Source: Candidatus Micrarchaeota archaeon
GTDB lineage: Archaea; Micrarchaeota; Micrarchaeia; Anstonellales; Bilamarchaeaceae
DNA: 16,984 nt
Assembly: GCA_018304385.1 (NCBI GenBank)
Contig: JAGVWJ010000038.1
Location: 1 to 16,984 of the forward strand
Direction of reading: 5' to 3'
Shown: one piece after another, positions 9,024-15,117 of the stretch
How the letters are laid out: the number at the start of each line of letters is the position of its first letter
Position numbering within the stretch: the stretch's first letter is position 1
Notes under the pieces: generated by a model
What the model was told of the DNA's origin: nothing
The model's input: the letters and a program-made list of their open reading frames with translations, nothing else
The model's database searches: none
Program-made: the position numbers and the translations under genes

Positions 9024-10022
9024 ATGAAGTTTGCAGATAACGTACCATATTATGTTAGGGCCAGAGTGCAAAGAGAAATAGCTAATGTAAGAAGAACATT
9101 TAGCAAAGACATTACTCAGCTTCATCAAAAGGCAAGATTTGAATTTAGACTCTCAGGTAACACAACACCTTTGGTTGAGGATCCATTTACACCTATGAAT
9201 ATACTTGCTAGAAAATCCACACCAAGTGAAGAGAATCGAAGAAGAACAACAGACGAAAAAATGCAGCTAGCACCCTATGCTGCCAGATGCATAAGATCGT
9301 TTCAAGAAGTTTTTAGAGATTATCCAGAAGTAGTAACCCAACTAGAACAAAATGAAGGGGATTTTGATTTTGTATTATGCAGAGCAACCCCTCTTGATGA
9401 TTCTGGGAGATTAACTGCTTTACCAAGGATTTTAGAAGTGCACTTATCTGTTGGAGATACATCGCGCAGATTTACTGAAGAGACGCATCCTGAAATTATG
9501 AGGTTACTTGCAGTAATGCAGGTATTTACCCTCCCCGCTACGGGCAACCATTTTGTTTCCAATGTTGTAGAAGATTTCACCAATATGGATTACACTATCA
9601 GAATAGAAGGCAACCCAAATCAAACAGATGTTTTAACAAGACACATTTCAGATAAACTATCCTCTAAATTATTTTCTATAAGAAAAATACTTGTTGTTAG
9701 CGATCTTCAATTAGCAGGCAGGCTAGGTGAACTTGGTTTTGAAGTTGTAGCAGCAGATAATAGTTATGTTGCAGAACGCTTACGCGCTGGCCAATTTGAT
9801 TTACTGATAACCGACGTGCTAACACAATCAGATGGTCCACAAGGCTTTGAACTTATTCGTTTAGCAAAGGGTATACAACCAACACTAAAAACAATATTAC
9901 TTTCTCTAGCTGCAAATACTCGTCTTTCTTATTCAACAGATGCTGTAAATGGCTATGTTGAAAAGAAATCATCTTTCTTCAGTGAGCTTTTAGGAATAAT
10001 AGATTTATTGGCATGTGATTAA
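9024..10022 (+). CDS. Unknown N-terminal domain fused to a C-terminal REC domain
   Basis: C-terminal ~115 aa: KILVVSD, GFEVVAA, FDLLITD (phospho-Asp), GFELIR, ILLS, GYVEKK. The N-terminal ~218 aa are not recognised. Confidence 0.78.
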   Translation: MKFADNVPYYVRARVQREIANVRRTFSKDITQLHQKARFEFRLSGNTTPLVEDPFTPMNILARKSTPSEENRRRTTDEKMQLAPYAARCIRSFQEVFRDYPEVVTQLEQNEGDFDFVLCRATPLDDSGRLTALPRILEVHLSVGDTSRRFTEETHPEIMRLLAVMQVFTLPATGNHFVSNVVEDFTNMDYTIRIEGNPNQTDVLTRHISDKLSSKLFSIRKILVVSDLQLAGRLGELGFEVVAADNSYVAERLRAGQFDLLITDVLTQSDGPQGFELIRLAKGIQPTLKTILLSLAANTRLSYSTDAVNGYVEKKSSFFSELLGIIDLLACD

Positions 10023-10023
10023 T

Positions 10024-10533
10024 ATGTTTCGAAGCGATGGTAGAAATTCATCTTATGGCCCGTTGGCAGATGCGATAAGATATCGCGTCCAGCATGGCGC
10101 GTATCGCATAAAACGCGTTTTGATTGTTGATGATTCAAAGGATGTTGCGCATGGGCTTAAGGAATTTTTAACAAATCATCTTGGCTTGAATGTAGGTGTA
10201 GTGATTAGCTCAGGTCGGGCATACCATTACCTCCGAAGGGCACTGCGCGAAGGCAAGCCATTCCAACTTATTATTTCTGATGTAGAACTTGGAACAAGAA
10301 GCGATGATGGTTTTCTCATTCTTACAAAGGCAAGGCAGCTCGATCCGCGTATCAGAACTATTCTTACGTCCTCGATGGCATCTACAACAATTCACCCCTG
10401 CGAGCACGCTGATTTCACATTACACAAAGGCAAAAAAGACATGCTGACGGAATTGCTATTGCTAATAGATCGCTTAGAAGCGAGATTTCATATGAAAGAA
10501 ATGCAGCCATTAGTAGAACCACCTAGAGGCTAA
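10024..10533 (+). CDS. Stand-alone response-regulator receiver (REC) protein
   Basis: VLIVDDS, PFQLIISD, DGF, ILTS, TLHK. ATG is 1 nt after the upstream TAA; the ORF-track start is GTG 10015. Confidence 0.85.
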   Translation: MFRSDGRNSSYGPLADAIRYRVQHGAYRIKRVLIVDDSKDVAHGLKEFLTNHLGLNVGVVISSGRAYHYLRRALREGKPFQLIISDVELGTRSDDGFLILTKARQLDPRIRTILTSSMASTTIHPCEHADFTLHKGKKDMLTELLLLIDRLEARFHMKEMQPLVEPPRG

Positions 10534-10565
10534 TTACGTCGTTTGTCGCCAGTGATTTCGCTATA

Positions 10566-10573
10566 TTTATAAA
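10566..10573 (+). promoter_or_regulatory. TATA box upstream of the thiolase leader
   Basis: TTTATAAA with an ATG (10596, mini-ORF) at the same 22-nt spacing seen at other promoters. Confidence 0.55.
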
Positions 10574-10593
10574 ATGATTTTAATAACTATTAA

Positions 10594-10669
10594 CAATGAG
10601 CATTGAGCAATGAGCAGTGTGCAAGGTTCTTTTTATTTGTCGGCTCACGGCCCATGGCCCAAGGCTCAA
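10594..10669. repeat. Two inverted arrays of heptamer tandem repeats
   Basis: CAATGAG-CATTGAG-CAATGAG-CAGTGTG (10594-10621) and GGCTCAC-GGCCCAT-GGCCCAA-GGCTCAA (10642-10669). Cores TGAGC and GCTCA are reverse complements. Confidence 0.75.
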
Positions 10670-10683
10670 GGCAGTGATAATTT

Positions 10684-11769
10684 ATGAGACCTGTAGCAGT
10701 AATTGGAGTTGGGATGACAAAATTCGGCGAGCATTGGAACGAAGGATTCCGCGATTTAGTTATAAAAGCAGGTCTACGCGCGATAGAGGATGCAAATATC
10801 CATGGTGAAGAGATTCAAGCAGGTTATGTTGGAACAATGGCCTCTGGCAGGTTAGTTGGCCAAGAGCACATTGGCGCATTGCTTGCAGATCATATGGGCC
10901 TCACCCCAATTCCTATAACGCGTGTTGAAGGCGCTTGTGCAAGCGGTGGATTAGCATTTCGTCAAGGTTACATGGCAGTTGCAAGCGGTATGCATGATAT
11001 TGTAGTTGTTGGCGGCGTAGAAAAAATGACTGATCTAGATGTTGCTGAAGTTAGCGATATTCTTGGAGGCGCAGGAGATCAGGAGTGGGAATTATTTTTA
11101 GGTGCAACATTTCCTGGGTTATATGCAATGATGGCCCGCAGGCACATGTACGAGTATAAAACAACTGCTGAAATGCTTGCAAGCGTTGCTGTTAAGAATC
11201 ATAAAAATGGTGCAAAAAATAAATATGCGCAATATCAAAATGAAATAACAATTGATCAGGTTTTGAAATCAAAAATGATCGCAGATCCATTAAAAGTATT
11301 TGATTGTTCTCCGATTACAGATGGAGCTGCTGCGGTTGTGCTTGCACCATTAGATATTGCGAAAAAATATTGTGAACAGCCTATAGAAATAATTGCATCT
11401 GCGCAAGCAAGCGATCATATTGCATTACATTCTCGTGCTAGTTTAAGCGAGTTATATGCAACAAAGGTAGCTGCTAAGCATGCATTTGAACAAGCAAAAC
11501 TAACAACAAAAGATATTGATGTTGCTGAAGTTCATGATTGCTTTACTATTGCTGAGATAATGGCTATAGAAGATTTAGGATTTTATAAAAAAGGAGAAGG
11601 TGGAAAAGCAACATTAGATGGAAAAACAGCGCTCGACAGTGAAATAGCAGTTAATACCTCTGGTGGATTAAAGGCATGCGGTCATCCTGTTGGCGCAACA
11701 GGCGTTAAGCAAATATGCGAAATAACAAAGCATCCCGTTAACATGGAGAAGAATTCCAGAAAGATATAG
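10684..11769 (+). CDS. Acetyl-CoA acetyltransferase (archaeal/SCP2-type thiolase), C-terminally truncated; possible pseudogene
   Basis: VAVIGVGMTKFG, EGACASG (catalytic Cys), GVEKM, CSPITDGAAA, EVHDCF, NTSGGL, GHPVGATG. Similarity stops after KQICEITK; the usual final ~35-40 aa (Q-L-R-G...HNVGG-type strand) are absent. Confidence 0.9.
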   Translation: MRPVAVIGVGMTKFGEHWNEGFRDLVIKAGLRAIEDANIHGEEIQAGYVGTMASGRLVGQEHIGALLADHMGLTPIPITRVEGACASGGLAFRQGYMAVASGMHDIVVVGGVEKMTDLDVAEVSDILGGAGDQEWELFLGATFPGLYAMMARRHMYEYKTTAEMLASVAVKNHKNGAKNKYAQYQNEITIDQVLKSKMIADPLKVFDCSPITDGAAAVVLAPLDIAKKYCEQPIEIIASAQASDHIALHSRASLSELYATKVAAKHAFEQAKLTTKDIDVAEVHDCFTIAEIMAIEDLGFYKKGEGGKATLDGKTALDSEIAVNTSGGLKACGHPVGATGVKQICEITKHPVNMEKNSRKI

Positions 11770-12121
11770 ATTACTAGGTACGAAATGTACTAATTGTAAA
11801 ACTAATTATTTCCCTAAGCGTAATATCTGCCCAAAATGCAGACGAAAAGGAAAAATAGAAGAAACGCAATACAAAGGAAAAGGTAAGATATTTTCTTTTA
11901 CAGAAATATTTGCACCACCTGCTGGCTTTGAAGATCAGGCACCATATGTTCTAGCAATTATCGAATTAGAGGAAGGCCCAAAACTAACTACACAAATAGT
12001 TAATGCGCATGCGAAAGACGTGGCAATAGGCAATAAGGTCGAGGCAGTATTTCGAGTTATCCAAAGGGATGATCCAGAAGGATTGATTCATTACGGGTTT
12101 AAGTTTAGATTAGTTAAGTAG
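11726..12121 (+). pseudogene. DUF35-family Zn-ribbon/OB-fold thiolase partner, lacking a start codon
   Basis: The +1 frame relative to the thiolase reads QSIPLTWRRIPERYRLLGTKCTNCKTNYFPKRNICPKCRRKG...GKGKIFSFT..PYVLAIIELEEGPKLTTQIV..YGFKFRLVK*. In-frame TAA at 11723-11725 and no ATG/GTG/TTG before the domain. Absent from the ORF track. Confidence 0.88.
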
Positions 12122-12970
12122 TTATCTTATCTCTTCATTCGGGTCTAGAAGAACCCATCTCTCAGGTGTATTTTCTAATTTTAACATAATATCTCCCTCA
12201 CGGAGATCTCTTGAGAATCCAGAATCCATTAAACTTAAATCATCATCATGCCCACTTGTTAATAAAAGTACGCGTATCTCTGTGCCTTTTTTAGTTCCAA
12301 CTAAAAAGCTGTTTGTTAAACTCGCTGAGCATTTTACATACGCTGTTGCACTTGTTTCTCTAGTAACTGTAGTTGAACCATCTGCAGCATAAGTGAATCC
12401 TCCTCCTCCAAGTTCTATATATTGGCAAGTAAATGGGTTAGTAGAAGTTATTGTTTTCTTATTTGGACTAAACGGGGCCAAAATCCATCTTTGAGGGGCC
12501 CCGTTGAGCTTTAGCATAACATCCCCTATTTTTAGCGTTCGACTGAACCCAGAATCCATAGAGCTAGTTAAGCTCGTTGTTCTATCTGTAGATGAAATAC
12601 TTGCCAGCACTCTTAACTCCCTACCATTTCCCTTGCTTGTTTTGAAACATTTCGGTTCATCACAGGTGATTTTCACATATCCTCTAGCTTCTGTTTCTCT
12701 AGTAGTTGTAGTTGATCCATCTGCAACATAAGTGAAACCATTACTTTGGATAACCCTGACTTTTAATGACCTACTTATTGCAGTTGCTGCACGCAATTCA
12801 GCTTCTGTTTCTTCTGACTGAGTGGTTGTTGGTTCTACTTGTGGTATATACTCAGGTACTTTTAATGCAGATTTAGTTGCACCTTTTTCTTCAGTTTTTT
12901 GCTGCGTTGCGCATCCAAAAAACAAAATTAAAATAAAAACAAGTCCGGATAAAATAAGTAATTTTTTCAT
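12122..12970 (-). CDS. Predicted lipoprotein with two tandem copies of a ~90-110 aa domain
   Basis: MKK + hydrophobic stretch + FFGC lipobox, a Thr/Glu/Pro linker, then duplicated GFTYxADGSTT..RET and MDSGFSR..GD.MLKL..P.RW motifs. Confidence 0.78.
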   Translation of the reverse strand: MKKLLILSGLVFILILFFGCATQQKTEEKGATKSALKVPEYIPQVEPTTTQSEETEAELRAATAISRSLKVRVIQSNGFTYVADGSTTTTRETEARGYVKITCDEPKCFKTSKGNGRELRVLASISSTDRTTSLTSSMDSGFSRTLKIGDVMLKLNGAPQRWILAPFSPNKKTITSTNPFTCQYIELGGGGFTYAADGSTTVTRETSATAYVKCSASLTNSFLVGTKKGTEIRVLLLTSGHDDDLSLMDSGFSRDLREGDIMLKLENTPERWVLLDPNEEIR

Positions 12971-12992
12971 AAGTATTATGGGGTGGGGCGGA

Positions 12993-13000
12993 TTTATAAA
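12993..13000 (-). promoter_or_regulatory. TATA box of the duplicated-domain lipoprotein
   Basis: TTTATAAA exactly 22 nt upstream of ATG 12970. Confidence 0.55.
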
Positions 13001-13021
13001 ACTATATAATAATGTGATTTC

Positions 13022-13426
13022 TCATAACAAACCTATTTCTTGCCCATATCGTTCTACAAACATTACAACTTCTCTATTATTTTTTGCTGCATCTAAAATA
13101 TCCAGCTGAAATTGTAATACTTTTCCTTCTCTTTTTATACCTTTGAAATCAGCATGAGTGAGCTTTCCATCATGAAGTGCGCCAGCATAGAAAAATTTAA
13201 ATCCTTCACCAGAAATCCATATTATTCTATAACCATCATAATTTTTTCCAATACCATGGTTAGCAGCTTCTTTATTAAGGGTTGATCTTAAACCCCATTC
13301 AAATATCCCTACTCTTCCAGGTTTGTATCTAATTGGATTAGGAGTATCTACAATTGGACTTGCCCTAATAGCCCATCTAGTTCCAGAATGGCCATTATCG
13401 GACCTTGCAGTTTGTACTGTAATCAT
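13022..13426 (-). CDS. Hypothetical protein (paralogue of the adjacent ORF)
   Basis: 134-aa ATG ORF 12 nt downstream of the previous stop; shares GIxKxYDGY and QFxLDIxxAAxN motifs with the neighbour. Confidence 0.65.
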   Translation of the reverse strand: MITVQTARSDNGHSGTRWAIRASPIVDTPNPIRYKPGRVGIFEWGLRSTLNKEAANHGIGKNYDGYRIIWISGEGFKFFYAGALHDGKLTHADFKGIKREGKVLQFQLDILDAAKNNREVVMFVERYGQEIGLL

Positions 13427-13438
13427 AACAAGACCTTA

Positions 13439-13957
13439 TTATTGCATGGCTACTGTTTCACTTGCTAAAGCTGCTGGCTGCAATCCTATTAATCTTGCAA
13501 TTACATCTCCAGTTGCAAGTTGATGAACTGGCAAGAACATCCTTAGTTTATTTCTTCTCATTGTTTCTATTGCTTCTTCTACATCACGATTAGGGATTTC
13601 ATTTCTTGCAGCAGCTACAATATCTAGTTTGAATTGTTTAATTCTTGCAGCCTCTAATTCAGGATTTCTGTCACCAACAACAGAGAAACCAGGCGTTTCA
13701 GTTTCAGGAGTTTGTAATATCACTTGGTAACCGTCATATCCTTTGCAAATTCCAAAAACAGGGCTATCGCTTGCAGGTCCCTTGAGTACTAGAACTGGTG
13801 TTGGTTTGCGATCATTTAATGCCTGTTGAACAACTAGTTTGAATGCCCCTAATCTCCTCATTGCTTCTATGTCTGCATCAGTTACTGGCATTACTCTTTT
13901 CAGAGCGCTTTCATCTCTACTTCCTGCAGTTGGTCGAAGAGTTATTCTACTTGTCAT
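13439..13957 (-). CDS. Hypothetical protein (paralogue of the adjacent ORF)
   Basis: Open frame with SD-like AAGGTGA 5 nt before ATG 13957 (ORF-track start GTG 13966); shares two motifs with 13022-13426. Confidence 0.65.
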   Translation of the reverse strand: MTSRITLRPTAGSRDESALKRVMPVTDADIEAMRRLGAFKLVVQQALNDRKPTPVLVLKGPASDSPVFGICKGYDGYQVILQTPETETPGFSVVGDRNPELEAARIKQFKLDIVAAARNEIPNRDVEEAIETMRRNKLRMFLPVHQLATGDVIARLIGLQPAALASETVAMQ

Positions 13958-13992
13958 TAACATCACCTTTTACCATATTATATATCAAAATC

Positions 13993-14000
13993 TTTATAAA
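13993..14000 (-). promoter_or_regulatory. TATA box of the paralogue pair
   Basis: TTTATAAA; the 22-nt spacing places the start near 13970, just before the SD-like AAAAGGTGA. Confidence 0.45.
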
Positions 14001-14040
14001 CATGTGTTTCCGTCTTTTTACATCTTTTAATTCATATAAT

Positions 14041-14056
14041 TGTAACCTTAGTTACA
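14041..14056. promoter_or_regulatory. Palindromic operator-like site TGTAAC-N4-GTTACA
   Basis: TGTAAC CTTA GTTACA immediately abuts TTTAAATT (14057-14064), 21 nt before ATG 14086. The same arms occur at 3692-3707. Confidence 0.5.
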
Positions 14057-14085
14057 TTTAAATTCTTTAAGAAGTTAACCCATTT

Positions 14086-14322
14086 ATGCAAATCCTCTAC
14101 CTCTATGATTTAAAAGCAAAAAACAAACGTGAATTTAATCGTGTTAAGCGAGTTTTCTACTATCATTTAGCAAAGCTAGCGCTTCCCAAAACTGCATTTA
14201 TTACTAAATCAACAATAGTTGTTGAAGGTAATCAAGAGCGGATTATGGATTTCTTTTTCAAGAGATTTAAAAAATCTGTAACAATTTACAAGGTTTGCTG
14301 CGAAAGCATCGAAGAGCTATAG
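14086..14322 (+). CDS. Small Cas2/VapD-like protein (stand-alone)
   Basis: 78 aa. N-terminal strand ILYLYDL, basic helix KNKREFNRVKR, TKSTIVV where Cas2 has Q.SVF, C-terminal KSVTIY resembling Cas2 DSV.IY. No cas1 or array in the window. Confidence 0.5.
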   Translation: MQILYLYDLKAKNKREFNRVKRVFYYHLAKLALPKTAFITKSTIVVEGNQERIMDFFFKRFKKSVTIYKVCCESIEEL

Positions 14323-14352
14323 TTTTTAGAATTTTCCCTGTAAATTATATTT

Positions 14353-15117
14353 ATGGATCCAAAAGCATTAGTACTTACGGGCTATGGAATTAATTGCGAA
14401 AAAGAGAGTAAGCTTAGCTTTGAAAAGGTAGGTGGCTCAGCCAGTATCGTGCATGTTAATGAACTTCTGGAAAATCCCTTGCTTTTAGAGAATTATAATC
14501 TACTAATAATTCCAGGTGGTTTCTCTTTTGGCGATGATCTAGGCTCTGGCAAGGTATTTGCAAATAAACTAATTAAAATAAAATATCATCTTCAAAGCTT
14601 TATCAATGCAGGCAAGCTCGTACTTGGCATATGCAATGGGTTTCAAGTGCTCGTGAAAATGGGGCTATTGCCTTATCCAGATTTTAATCAGCGTGTTACG
14701 CTTACTGTTAACGAATCTGGCAAGTTTGAAGACCGTTGGGTCAGATTAAAAATAAATCCTAATTCTCCATGTGTTTTTACAAAAGGCATTGACTATCTAT
14801 GGTTGCCAGTACGCCATGGTGAAGGAAAGTTTTTGCCAGTAGATGAAATTCTTCGAGAGCTAGCAGAAAAGAACCTAATTACTGCACAATATTGCGATGA
14901 ACAAAGCAAGCTAGCTGGTTATCCACATAACCCAAATGGTAGCATAGGAAACATTGCAGGTATTTGCGATCCTAGTGGCAGGGTTTATGGTATGATGCCG
15001 CACCCAGAGGCGTTTAGTGAAATTACAAATGCGCCGTTCTGGCCAAACAGCAGAATAAGTGAGGCACAAGGATTAAAGATATTTAAGAATGCTGTAGCAT
15101 ATCTGAAATCAACCTAA
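14353..15117 (+). CDS. purQ: Phosphoribosylformylglycinamidine synthase subunit PurQ (glutaminase)
   Basis: GYGINCEKE, PGGFSFGD, LGICNGFQVL (catalytic Cys), RHGEG, NPNGS, GMMPHPE (His-Glu). Confidence 0.96.
   Translation: MDPKALVLTGYGINCEKESKLSFEKVGGSASIVHVNELLENPLLLENYNLLIIPGGFSFGDDLGSGKVFANKLIKIKYHLQSFINAGKLVLGICNGFQVLVKMGLLPYPDFNQRVTLTVNESGKFEDRWVRLKINPNSPCVFTKGIDYLWLPVRHGEGKFLPVDEILRELAEKNLITAQYCDEQSKLAGYPHNPNGSIGNIAGICDPSGRVYGMMPHPEAFSEITNAPFWPNSRISEAQGLKIFKNAVAYLKST

Noticed and set aside
10594-10669. CRISPR array linked to the Cas2-like gene
   Set aside because: Units are 7 nt and contiguous with no unique spacers; no 25-45 nt repeat-spacer structure was seen anywhere in the window.
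6742-10683. Integrated mobile element carrying the REC cluster
   Set aside because: No integrase, transposase, tRNA target or flanking direct repeat was found.
11720-11769. Programmed +1 frameshift producing a thiolase-DUF35 fusion
   Set aside because: No recognisable slippery site, and the fusion would still lack the thiolase C-terminal strand. A deletion or misassembly is simpler; recoding is kept only as a minor alternative.
8986-12990. GGGTGG(G) next to TTTATAAA at 8986-8993 and 12981-12990 as a shared promoter element
   Set aside because: It lies on opposite strands relative to the genes it would control; only two cases.
14086-14322. PurS, given its ~80-aa size and position upstream of purQ
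   Set aside because: Lacks the PurS DPxG and LLANxVIE motifs; the pattern fits Cas2/VapD better.
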